From Eledone cirrhosa (Eukaryota): a stretch of 64,000 bases of DNA. The translations under genes were made by a program, and so were the position numbers. Within the stretch, counting starts at the first letter, position 1. Each line of letters opens with the position of its first letter. Positions 38,856 through 50,369 of this stretch are shown piece by piece. The stretch covers positions 297,910,001 through 297,974,000 of the forward strand of contig OZ024743.1 in assembly GCA_964016885.1 (NCBI GenBank), given 5' to 3'. The notes beneath the pieces were generated by a model that was not told the origin of the DNA, ran no database searches, and was given only the letters and a program-made list of their open reading frames with translations.

Positions 38856-40290
38856 CATCATCATCATCACCGTTTTACGTCTGTTCTTCCACGCCAGCAT
38901 GGGTTAGACGGGTTGTCCTGTTGTGAGCTGTGTACAGTCAGCTGACCTTGTCTTGCTCATACAGAAATTGATTCTGGCTTGATTTCTACAGCTGGATGCC
39001 CTTCCTAACACCAACCTTACAGTGAGTGCTGGGTGCTTTTTTTCCGTGGCGCCTACACGTCCACTTTACAGTGTGGGCTGGGTGCTTTTTTGCCATGGCA
39101 CCTCGATGACCACTTTGCAGTGGCGGGAGGGGCATATTGTCTATATGCTTTAGCTTCGGCTTGTTCCTGTGGGAGGGGTCTTCTGTATTACTACGTGACG
39201 CAAGAGGTCACGGTCATGTGTCATTGCCCTTGAGAGGTGCAATTGAGTAAGCTCGACCTTTATCACCTCATCCCAGGTCTTCTTAGGTCTCCCCACTCTG
39301 CAGCTTCCATCGACTTCTAGTGCTCTGCACCTTTTTATGCAGCTGTCATCCTTCATACACATCACATGTCCATACCAACGTAACCTCCTCCCCTGACACA
39401 GCATTTGATTCCTCTTATGCTCAGTCTCTCTCTCAATTCGTTTATACTTTGCCATTCGCGTATATTACTATTACACATCCATCGGAGCATGCAAGCTTCG
39501 TTTCTTTCTAATCTGCGCAAGTCTTCTACAGACAGCGCCCAGGTTTCACTTCCATGTAACTTTGCTGTTCGTATACATGCATCATACAGTCTGCCTTTCA
39601 TTTTCAGGGAAAAGCCTTTTCCAGTAGCTCCCTGAACTTCTTCTATCCCGTTCATACCCTAGTTATTGTACTTTCCAAACACCCACCTCGGCTGCTAATT
39701 CGGTCACCTAGGGGTAGCAGAAGCTGTCTACTGTTTCTACAGAGCCCTCACAGAGTTTGGTGGTGCTTGTTTCCTGTGGTCGTTTGCTGCTTGCTGTCCC
39801 AGCGCAGCTGCTAAATATGAAGCTTACATTCTTAGTTAAACTTCCTGAGTCCCATACATCTCTTGTGTACTCATTGTTTGCATTTGGGGCAGAGGATGGA
39901 GTTCCTACTAACACCTTTCCTACATACTGAGCAAGGCCATTTCCCTGAGGGGATCTGGGTTCTGTTTTCTCATCTACTTACAAGAACCTTAGTCTTTGTC
40001 AGGTTGACTTTGAGACCCTTTCTGTCACAAGCCATTCATCTATTCCTAATTTTCTAAGAGCCCACCAGATTATAGCATGGGGGACTCTGTCGAAGGCTTT
40101 TTCCAGATCGACGAATGCCAGGTAGAGCAGCTTACTTTTAGCTCGGTACTTTTCCTGTAACTGCCTCACAAGGAAGAGGGCTTCAGTGGTGCCTTTTCCT
40201 GGCACAAACCCAAATTGCATCTCATCTAGTTTCACCCGGTCCTTAATTAACTGTGCTATAACTCTTTCCATTACTTTCATGACCTGGTTA
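38856..40290 (-). mobile_element. RTE LINE (family B), internally deleted
   Basis: AFVDLEKAFDRV, GRLYDACIRT and RRLRWYGH fragments plus a (GAT)n tail; homologous to 59020-62290. Confidence 0.92.
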
Positions 40291-40914
40291 GGGTTAAGAG
40301 AACATTGGGTGTTATATTCCCCACTTCATGTAATGAAAAAAACAATTTCTGAAGGTCAGATCTGTTCAAAACACACTAAATGATGTGAGAAAGATTATAA
40401 TAAAATTCCCAAGGGTGAGAAATTCAGAGGTTATCCCCCCCCCCCCTCACTCTTCCCTCCAATATCTGAAAAGCAAGTAATTTCTGATCGGTTCAGATGT
40501 CAGATTCATTAAAAACACATGTAAAAAAGTTTCTTCATGCACCTAAGGTGGGTATTTATGTAAAAATTTACCATAAGTTTATATGCAGTATAGAAGATGC
40601 AAATTCAAACCTTTTGAGTGAAGTCACAACACATCTTTAAAGAGTCAATAAGAGCTAAAATGTAAACAATCTGCAACGCCATCTGTACACGTGAAGTAGA
40701 AATTATAATTGGCAGTCTTGAGAATTTCAAATCCTGATTAAAAATATTTTCCTGACTTGATGAGTTAAAATAAAATACAAAATATTCAGTAGAAAAAAAA
40801 ATACTGTACAATGTACATGGGAATAAGGAAACAAAACAAAAAAAAAGAAGTAAAATAAGAAACAAGGAATTAAGCATTGAAAGAAAGAGAGAGGGGAGTG
40901 ATAGATTCTACACC

Positions 40915-41295
40915 CAAGTCTGAGATGTGTTTCAGCTGTGCCACACAAACAAAAAGGCAAAAGAGAATGGCCAGCAACACCCGCTGCAACAGCCACCTCA
41001 CCTCATGGAGCAAAGGAAATCAGCAGTGTGTGGGCTAAAGACACTTGAGGTCTCAACAGCGACCAGTATGAAAAGGAAGCAGTCACTCAAGTCTCGGTAT
41101 TTAGTTATCATCTTCTTCTTTGCATTGCTGGCAGTGTTGCTCAGGTTTGTAGCCGAAAAGACAAGATTGGAGGCGGAGAATGAATGGCAACATGTTGTGT
41201 CCCAGATTAGGGATTTATGTCTGTCGAAGAGAGTTATTATTCCATCGGGGTGCTTACCATCACCACGTTCGCAACCCATACTATCATGACCAACT
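40915..41295 (-). mobile_element. CRE-like RLE domain relic
   Basis: RGDGKHPDGIITLF...LIWDTTC...KY...VAVETSSVF. Confidence 0.82.
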
Positions 41296-41379
41296 AGATC
41301 GAAGTGAACTTAAAAAAAAAAAACAGTGTTCTATTAATGATAGCAAACAACATAACTATCAGAAGAATTTTCACTTTTA

Positions 41380-41727
41380 TTAGCGTTCAACCTCAGGTGC
41401 TTCTCCAAAACTAGCAATAGTATTTTTCTGAACTCGTGGTAACTCAGCTTCAGAAGTCTGCTGTTTAACATCAATGACTTGTGTAGAGACAGAGGGATCA
41501 GAATGAGATCTAACTGATATGATGGATGATGAAAATAGAGATGGTTGAACTGTTGATACAGTAGTGTTAGAGTCATATGGCAGATTTGCTTGTCTTTGGT
41601 TGATATCACCAAATACAGTAGATATAGAAATATGTGGTTGAGACATTGTACACAGAAGATGACTATTACACAGTTGATCAAATTCAGAAGGATCTTCTCT
41701 TATGAGACTGGACTGTGAACATTTTTT
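41380..41727 (-). CDS. Possible additional terminal exon of the STPR-BTB gene
   Basis: Open frame KKCSQSSLIREDPSEF...EAPEVER* after a pyrimidine-rich ...TTAAAG acceptor, with AATAAA overlapping the stop. In frame only if a 65-nt intron with a weak donor (41792-41728) is used. Confidence 0.4.
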   Translation of the reverse strand, partial: KKCSQSSLIREDPSEFDQLCNSHLLCTMSQPHISISTVFGDINQRQANLPYDSNTTVSTVQPSLFSSSIISVRSHSDPSVSTQVIDVKQQTSEAELPRVQKNTIASFGEAPEVER

Positions 41728-41780
41728 CTTTAATACATGAAACAGGAGATAAGTGAGATACTAGAGAGCTTTCAAATACA

Positions 41781-42509
41781 TTAGATTTCTACTGTATTTG
41801 TTGTTGTGTTGCTTGAATTTGTCGTGTCTGAAAATGGTAAGATAAATTCTGTAGTTGGCCCAATTGTAGAATTCAAAGTAGTGCTTGGTGTTTGAGAATT
41901 GAGGGAAACTGCGGCTGCTTGATAATATTTGTCATCTTCAGGTCCTACAGGTTCGATTTTCACAGGAGGCATAATAACAGAACCAACAGGAGAGTGGATA
42001 CTTTTAATGTCCAATGAAGCAGCATGAAATTCCTGTTCAAAGCCACCGGCTGTTTCTTCTTTAGGCAGTGCTAATTCATTTTTGGAGATATGTTGGTTAA
42101 CATCACTGGCATCATTAAGGGCAGGTGTAACAAACTTGTTTGATAATGGAATAAGGAGTGAAGATGTCTGAATTGGTGTTGTTTTTTCATTTGTTGAACT
42201 GGTCAGATAAGACTGCATCAGGTTGACGTCATCAAATACAAGAGCTGTGGAAGCAGGTTTCTGATTTACTCCATTTAGAAGATGAATTTCACAGAGTTTT
42301 TCTAAATCTTTTATGTCTAATTGTTTTGCAATGATATTTAACTGATGTAAAATATCAAGATCAAGATCTAATAGTCCATTGTACATATAGTCAGCAAAAG
42401 CATTTAAAGCTTCTATACTAACAATTTCTGGAAATTTTATTTCAAGAACCTTTGAATGAATACATGTATCAAATAATGGGCAAGCTGCAGCCAAGACAAT
42501 TTTATGGAC
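41781..42509 (-). CDS. STPR-BTB gene exon 6: BTB/POZ C-terminal part plus S/T/P-rich tail
   Basis: tttcag|GTCCAT acceptor, phase 0. VHKIVLAAACPLF...ALNAFADYMYNG.L...IAKQLDIKDLEKLC is a BTB signature; VKIEP is a SUMO-like motif. Confidence 0.9.
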   Translation of the reverse strand, partial: VHKIVLAAACPLFDTCIHSKVLEIKFPEIVSIEALNAFADYMYNGLLDLDLDILHQLNIIAKQLDIKDLEKLCEIHLLNGVNQKPASTALVFDDVNLMQSYLTSSTNEKTTPIQTSSLLIPLSNKFVTPALNDASDVNQHISKNELALPKEETAGGFEQEFHAASLDIKSIHSPVGSVIMPPVKIEPVGPEDDKYYQAAAVSLNSQTPSTTLNSTIGPTTEFILPFSDTTNSSNTTTNTVEI

Positions 42510-43003
42510 CTGAAATATAGTAAATTGAATGACAAACATTTAGGAAATATTATCATGTAAACAAATTTAGTTTAAGTTATTCACTTTTTTCACAAGCTGC
42601 CAAAGATTGGATACCAAAATTCTTTAGCTATTTCATTTATCTAATATGGTTCACTAATCTATCTATATACTACTAAAACTATGTGATTGCTTGCTTGTCT
42701 GTAATGTAATACAGCCAAAAGGGTGCACAATGGAAAAATACTTTGAAAGGAAATTGACCCTGAAATGGGGATACAAATGGAATAAAACAAGTTTCATGTA
42801 AATCAGAGCACAGGTTCCCAAGATATGGGGTCTTTCCAGGTACCTTCATAAAGAGAGAGAGAGAAAGAGTTAGTGGTTGAGAGAGAGTAGATTGAAAGGG
42901 AGAGGAGATAGAGAGAGCTGTTGGTGTTGTTGTGTGTATATATATATGTGAGTGTGTGTCTATGCCCAGTGTATATAGATCACAGACACCCACATATATA
43001 TAT

Positions 43004-43037
<34 letters not shown>

Positions 43038-43077
43038 GTATACACACACACAAATTTTTATATATACATACACACAC

Positions 43078-43123
<46 letters not shown>

Positions 43124-43196
43124 TATAGAAATTACATGAATCAAGTTTTAGTATATACATAACCATAAATAGTATCCTTAATACTATATATATATA

Positions 43197-46100
43197 TCAT
43201 CATCAACGTTTAACGTCCGTGTTCCACGCTTGCATGGGTTTGGACGGGGGTAGTCCCACTTGAGGCAAGAGTGATTGTCTTGCTCGCATAGGACTGTCTG
43301 GCAGGTTTTCTACAGTTGGATGCCCTTCCTAACACCAACCACATTTACAGTGTGGGTCTGGGAGGTTTTTACCGTATTGCCTACACGGCCACATTACAGC
43401 GTGGACTGTGTGTTTTTTTGTCGTGACACCTACACGATCTCATTTGTTTCGGCCTCGATGGCGCGGCACCAACATAACTTTACATAGAACGGGGTGGTGT
43501 GGATGGGGTGGGGGTGGTGGTGGTGGGACGGGGTGTATTTTGTTAGAGATGCCTACTGGCTGGAGTAGGTTTTACTATATATTTAGGTAAGGCGGGTCTT
43601 CTCTGTTACTGAGTACCGCCAAAGGTCTCGGTCCAGTGACATTGTCTTGGAGAGGTGTAAGTGTGTGATGTCGGAGTTTATCAGCTCGTCCCAGGTTTTT
43701 CTAGGTCTGCCTATTCCGTGACTACCGTCTATCTTTATTGCCCTGCACTTTGTTATACAGCTATCGACTTTCATGCGCATCACGTGTCCATACCAACGTA
43801 GCCTTCTCTCGAGTAAACAACATCTGATCCCTCTTATCTCTAATTTTTTCCTTAGTTCGTTTATGCTTTGCCGTTCACGTATATTACTGTTACACATCCA
43901 GCGGAGCATGCAAGCTTCGTTCCTCTCTAGTCTGCGTATATCCTCTGCACACAATGCCCAGGTCTCACTGCCATGCAGCATTGTTGTTCGTATGCAGGCA
44001 TCGTACAACCTGCCTTTCATTTTTAGGGAGAACCCTTTAGCAGCTAATAGTGGTATAAGCTCTCTGAACTTTTTCCAACCAGTTCAGACTCTAGCTACAG
44101 TACTTTCAGAGCACCCTCCCCCACTGCTGATTTTATCGCCCAGGTAACGGAAGCTGTCCACTATTTCTATAGAACCCTCTGCGCAATTGAAAGAGCTAGT
44201 ATTTTGTGGGCACTTGCTGCTACTTATTGCACCAGAACACCGGCCACATGTAAAATCTATGTTCTTAGTTAGCTTACCTGTGATCCCACTACATCTTTTA
44301 TGCACCCATACTTTGCATTTAGGACATAAAATGGAGTTTCTACCTACGCCTTTCCTACACACCGAGCACGACCATTTCCCAGAAGGGACCGCCGCCTTGT
44401 TTTCTTTCCTACAAACTAGTACTTTGGTCTTAGCCAGGTTAATTTTAAGTCCTTTTGACTCTAGGCCGTGCTTCCATGTTTGGAATTTCTTCTCTAGCTC
44501 GGCCATTGATTCCGCTATGAGTGTCAGGTCGTCTGCGTATAGGAGTTCCCATGGGCAGCCTGTCTTGAACTCCTCTGTTATAGCCTGAAGGGCAATAATA
44601 AATAGTAGGGGGCTAAGAACAGAGCCCTGATGGACGCCAACTTTTACGCTAAACTCTTCACTATATTCGTTGTTAATTCTAACCTTGCTGACTGTTTCTT
44701 TATACATGGCTTGTATAGCCCTCACAAGCCATTCGTCAACGCCTAGTTTTCTAAGAGCCCACCAGATAATGGAGCGGGGGACTCTGTCGAAGGCTTTCTC
44801 CAAGTCGACAAAAGCTAAGTAGAGGGGTTTACCTTTAGCTAGGTACTTCTCCTGTAGTTGTCGTACTATGAAAAGAGCGTCTGTGGTACTTTTGCCTGAC
44901 ACAAACCCGAACTGCATTTCATCTAGGTCAATTCTCTCTCTGATTAGTTGCGCTATTACTTTTTCCGTGACCTTCATGACCTGGTCGATTAATTTAATGC
45001 CTCTATAGTTACTCCTATCTAGGGCGTCTCCTTTACCCTTATAACAGTTAACGATGATGCTGCTATGCCAGTCCTTCGGAACAACCCCATTCTGTACGAC
45101 TTGGTTAACTATGCGGGTGACCATGGTGTGTCCCACCGTGCCAGATGCCTTCAGCATCTCAGCAACTATTTCCGAAGGCCCAGCCGCCTTACCCGTCTTC
45201 ATATCCTTGATTGCCTTACTTATTATACTCCCCTCGACTAACACTGCTGGTCCCTCTATTGGGTCGATATGGGGGAGACTGTCTTTCTCCCATTTATTCT
45301 CCTCATTTAGTAGCCTATCATAGTGACACTTCCAAGCTACCTTCTTATCAGCATCGGTGATGGCAAGTGTGCCATCGTCGTTTAGTACACACTTCTCCCC
45401 GACAATATCACGGTTTTCCTTGACGCATTGCCTAGCAATCCTGAACACCTCACGTTTTTGGTCATCGCGTTGTAGAACATGCTTGAACTTTCTTTCCTCA
45501 GCTTCCCTTCTTGCTAAGTACACTTGTCTCCTAGCTTCCCTCCTGGCCACTTGATAGTCTTCTCTACTTCCCCCATCCCGCCATACTTTCCAAGCCTGCT
45601 TTTTGGCCTTAATTGACCCCTCCACCTTACTGTTCCACCACCATGTTACTCTCCTCCTGCCTACAGGCCTGCTCCAGCCACAGACTTCGTCTGTCGCCAA
45701 CAGCAGGTTTGCTTTCAGAAATTCCCACTCTCCCTCTATATTGTCCGACTCTAAATGTTCTTCCTTACTGTCGAAAGCATCAAGTAATATGCTTTGAAAT
45801 TTATTCCTGGCTGTGGGGTCCTTTAGCTTCCATATTTTTCTCCTGAGGATAGTCCTCTTCTGCTGTCGAGTACGTCTCGTCCTGACTATGAGGTCGCTAA
45901 TTATCAGTCTATGTTGGGAGGTGCATTCTTCATGGGGGAGGGATTTAGTGTTTACAACAGACACTCTGTCACGTCTTCTGGTAAGGATATAATCTACCTG
46001 GCTTGTGTGTTCCCCGGATCTATAGGTGATCAGGTGATTGTCACGTTTTTTGAAGTTAGTGTTACAGATAGTTAGGTTATTTGCATCACAGAATTCCAGG

Positions 46101-46463
46101 ATTCTGGAGCCTTCCTCATTTCTAGTACCAAACCCATAGCCTCCATGGATTTCGTCGTAGCCGTCACAATGTTGTCCAACGTGACCATTTAGGTCGCCTG
46201 CGATAATTATATAGTCACTGTCGGATATTTGGGAGGTAGTGAGCATTAACGACTCATAGAATCTGTCTTTTATAGTGCCGGGCAGTCCGGATTGGGGTGC
46301 GTACGCAGATATTACTGTCACCGTAGTTCTATTGAGGACAAGTCGTATTTTAATTATTCTGTCGTTCACTCTATTTACGTCTATTATCTTATCTGCCCAC
46401 TTTTCTGCTACCATGATTCCTACTCCACCCAGCCCATCGTCGTTTCCCACCCAGAAAAGCTTA
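43197..46463 (-). mobile_element. Near-intact RTE LINE (family A), truncated within the APE endonuclease, in intron 5
   Basis: APE (SAYAPQ, GDLNGHVG, QVDYIL, SQHRL) plus RT and PHD-like finger. A single nonsense codon at 44084-44086 (RV*TG, versus RVRTG in the 28-kb copy). Flanked by TA repeats. Confidence 0.96.
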
Positions 46464-46484
46464 TATATATATATATATATACAC

Positions 46485-47305
46485 ACATTTCGTTTCTGAA
46501 TTTGTTTAGCAAGATTCTTTATCTGAAAACGTGTGTTGAAACGAATATTGTTATACTTTGGGAGGGTCATGTTGCCAATAAGAAACACACGCACCAGTTG
46601 CTTTCACTTCAATTTATTATAAATTAAATTTATAAATTTTGGAATTTATAAATTTCCGGTTGGTTGGTTGGTTCCACAACCAGACGATTGTTCATATATT
46701 GTCAAAGTTCTTTCATCACACATTCTGTGACTCTTCAATGACTGGGGATTCTTTTCTTTGTTTTTGTGCCTTTCCTTTGTTCTGTCCTACGCCATCTTGT
46801 TTTTGTGTGTGTTGTGTGCTTAGTTTGTGCATGTGTTACATCCGGGTGTCTGTGTGTGTTTATATTTGTTTATTTATTTGTTTATTTACATGTTACTGGT
46901 TGGTTGTTTGTTCTATGTGTGTGTGTGTTTTCATTTTGTCCTTAATTGTAAGTTGTGATGTTGCTATTCCATTCACGCTTTCTATTTAATTTTGGTTGGA
47001 GTTCATTTATGTTTATTGCCTCTGTGATTTGTCTAAACATTGCGTCTTTTCTGTGTGTAGATTCTATTTTTATTTCTATGTTCTTTAATTTACCCTTATG
47101 TTCTATTTTAGCATGTTGGTAGAGTACAGAATGTGTGACGAAAGAACTTTGACAATATATGAACAATCGTCTGGTTGTGGAACCAACCAACCAACCAGAA
47201 ATTTATAAATTCCAAAATTTATAAATTTAATTTATAATAAATTGAAGTGAAAGCAACTGGTGCGTGTGTTTCTTATTGGCAACATGACCCTCCCAAAGTA
47301 TAACA
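46485..47305 (-). mobile_element. 5'-truncated Penelope-like element with inverted pseudo-LTR
   Basis: HSVLYQHAKIEH...DAMFRQITEAININELQPKLNRKREW is a GIY-YIG C-terminus. Inverted repeat of about 180 bp at ~46549-46728 / ~47126-47305. Confidence 0.85.
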
Positions 47306-47314
47306 TATATATAC

Positions 47315-47367
<53 letters not shown>

Positions 47368-48163
47368 CTATATATATATATATATATGGGCCTTCCAGTT
47401 TCATTTCACATTATACATGTCTGTGTATATTCTAATTATTTAAAAATTATTTTTAAGTGAACATGATTTTTTTTTTATATTTTGAAGTGAACGTGACCTA
47501 ACGTGTCACGGATGGTCTAGTATCTTAATAAAATCACCTTTGAATGGATTCTTTTCCTTTAAAAATATTCTATTTTATATTGGCAAACAAATGTTTCAGT
47601 AAAAGTTATTTTCAACAATTGAATCATAAGACACGGTTTTATCTATTGTAGGTAAAGGTCTATATTTTATCTTGTGACCAATTCTAAAATGGCAAATCTA
47701 TGTAGAGTTGCATAAGTAAAAAAAAAATATAGAACTATATCTGTCTTTGAGAAATAAATAGAGACGTAGACGTGAAAAAAAGTTCTAGCTATATTAGAAC
47801 CAGTATATAAATGTACTTTTTCTCTAGATCCCATCAAATGAGGCCAGTGTCCCTTGCCAACAGAGTCATTATGGTTATGTTTGGACATCCTACTCAGCGC
47901 TTTTCACCAGGTGATCAGAAAAGCCGTTTCTCTGCAGATTCATCATGGTGGGAAACATGACCAGTAAGAACCAAGCGATGGAATCAAACTTTTGATGAAA
48001 CTTGTGGCAGATCACCATAAAAACTGGCCTCACTGGGCAGGATCTTCTAGCTTCAATAAGAGGTTGGGTAGTCTGGAACAAGAATTTTGTACATGCTTTA
48101 CCTTCAATAGAGGGATGACTCAAGAAGAGAGAGAAACTATAAATGTGAAAGAAATATACCTAC

Positions 48164-48509
48164 CATCACACTTGAGGAACCATTGCTAATACTGATATCA
48201 CATAATTTCTTATTTTTCCACATAGATGCCAGGTTAGACATGATACGACTTTGATGGCCAGCAATTACCAATTTATATTTCAATGGAAGTTGTTTACTAG
48301 TTTTCGATTTGGATAAAGTTGATTCAATTGGATTCTTCACAGACTTGGATTTGGATGGAGTTATTTGAATTGGTGGAACTAGCATCTGAGCTGGCTTTGT
48401 AATGTTTTGTGATGTTTGTGTTACTTGTCTATCTTGCTGGACTGGCATTTGAGAAGTTGACTGGATATATTTTGCAGTCATCTGAGGTGATAAAGTAAAA
48501 TCCATTTGC
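48164..48509 (-). CDS. STPR-BTB gene exon 5: linker plus BTB N-terminal part
   Basis: ttttag|G acceptor (phase 2) and ATG|gtaggt donor (phase 0). HQSRIMSNLASMWKNKKLCDISISNG joins VHKIVLAA to complete the BTB domain. Confidence 0.9.
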
Positions 48510-48601
48510 CTAAAATGAAAAATTATAATTAATTCAGAAGAAATATATATGAGAAAAATAAAAATATAACTGTCAAAATATTTAACTTAGTTATCACATA
48601 C

Positions 48602-48789
48602 CACCAGTCTTGAGATTGTTGACTTTTTAACTTTTGACTCAGTAGGTGCTGTTTCTTCAAACGCTCATTCTGACGTTGCTGTTTCTTCAAACGTCTTTCT
48701 TCAAGTTGCTGTTTCTTCAAACGTTTTTCCTCATAGTGCTGCTTTTTCAAGAGTTCTTCCTGAAGGCGCTGCTCTTGAATTTGTTTTCG
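48602..48789 (-). CDS. STPR-BTB gene exon 4: 10-aa RLKKQQ-type coiled-coil repeats
   Basis: cacag|CGA (phase 0) and TG|gtatgt (phase 2); both phases match the neighbouring exons. Confidence 0.82.
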
Positions 48790-48969
48790 CTGTGTTTTCA
48801 TTAAAAAAAAACTCCATAAATAACAAGTTCAGTCTGGTAAGAATAAATGAACAATATAGAAAAGTTCAAAAAATTCAGACTAAAAAAAAAAAATTGAAAC
48901 TCCTAGTAAAAATTGGAATCAGTCAACAATTTAAGTATATCATGACTCATATTATCAAAGTATTCAAAA

Positions 48970-49160
48970 GGGCAGTGGATTGGCAGTATCGGTAGAGGGT
49001 CGGACGCCATGCTTTGCAGCATAGTTACGTTCCTTTACGGACTGAGTTCAAATCCCGCCGAGGTTAACTTTGCCTTTCATCCTTACGGGGTCGATAAAAT
49101 AAAGTACCAGTAATGCACTGGGTAATTGCTGGCCTTGTGCCTAAAGTAGAAACAATTATC
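48970..49160 (+). mobile_element. tRNA-derived Deu/Nin-core SINE in intron 3
   Basis: Full-length copy flanked by an ATTATCAAAGTATTC-like duplication. Confidence 0.85.
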
Positions 49161-49829
49161 AAAAGTATTCTAAATCAAACTATGGTGGAATTGAGGTTAA
49201 GGTTACACTTGACTCATCCCTGCCGTTGATGATAGACTGTTGAAATTTTGCAATGACTTTACTACAGATTCAGGAACTGACAAACGTAGCACCCTCCACT
49301 GTAGTAGTGCTTCATCTACCTTATCATTTTTATGTCTACTTTTCCATGGTGGCATGGGTTAAACAATACATTTCGAGGCAGAATTTTACGGCTGGATACC
49401 CTTCCTGATGTCAATCTTCACTGGTTTTTGTAAGTAAAGTATGAATCTTTGCATGTCTCACTACTGAGCATCAGGATTTCTTACATAAAGTGAAAACAAA
49501 CATCACTGCCTACAAAATCAAATGTCAAAAGAAGAGATAAGACAAATATGTGTGTGTATATATATATACACCCACACACAATGGAGCTCTTTACAGCTTC
49601 CATCTACTAAATTCACTCCCAAGACATTTGACAGCAGAAGATTATAGGTGCCATACAATGGGATAAAGCCCAAGACCATGTGGTTGCGAAATGAACTTTT
49701 TAACCACACAGCTATGCCTAGACCTATACTAGATAATAAAATATTGAGCATAATAAGGTACTCTGTAAGCAGAATAAAGTTATACTTCTATCAGCATGTA
49801 ATATTTAATAATGTACACTTCCCACTTAC

Positions 49830-50067
49830 CTTGAGAGCTTCACGCTGAGCAATTGCTCTCTGCTTTTGTGCTTCTAATCTTGCCTGTCTTTGTTCCTCTG
49901 TTTCTGCTTGACGAGCAGCTAAATTTCTTTCCCTATGTTTTTTCAATCTTACTAGTCTTTGTTCTGTAGTTTCTCTTTTTCTTTTTTCTCTTGCCCTTTT
50001 GGCGTCTCTGGTAAGGCGGCCCAGTGATGACTGTTTGGAAGGCATTACTTCATAACATGGAGAAAAA
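49830..50067 (-). CDS. STPR-BTB gene exon 3: STPR-like repeats resembling a Helitron RepHel N-terminus
   Basis: tttacag|T (phase 2) and AAG|gtaagt (phase 0). MPSKQSSLGRLTRDAKRAREKRKR-ETTEQRLVRL...-ETEEQRQARLE with 23-aa spacing. Confidence 0.85.
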
Positions 50068-50369
50068 CTGTAAAGAGAGAATATTTTGTATGCTGAGAAC
50101 ATATCAAATTTTTTCAAACATTTTAAAAACACTATCAACCATAATAACAATTGTACTGTTTTTTTGTTTGTTTTCTGTTCATTCGTCAAACAAATGCTAC
50201 AATCTCAACCGCCATTTCACTGCCTGTGACTGGTACTTTATTTTACCGACACTGGAAGAATGAAAGGCAAAGTCGACCTCAGTGAGATTTGAATTCTAAG
50301 TGGAGTGAATACTGCAAAGCATCTCGTCCAACACCTTTCTGCAATTAATCGTTTTATGGGATTATGGTA

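Noticed and set aside
46461-46594. N-terminus of the 836-aa ORF as a real LINE start
   Set aside because: Chance read-through from the Penelope repeat and TA tract; the true upstream sequence is seen in the 63.7-kb copy
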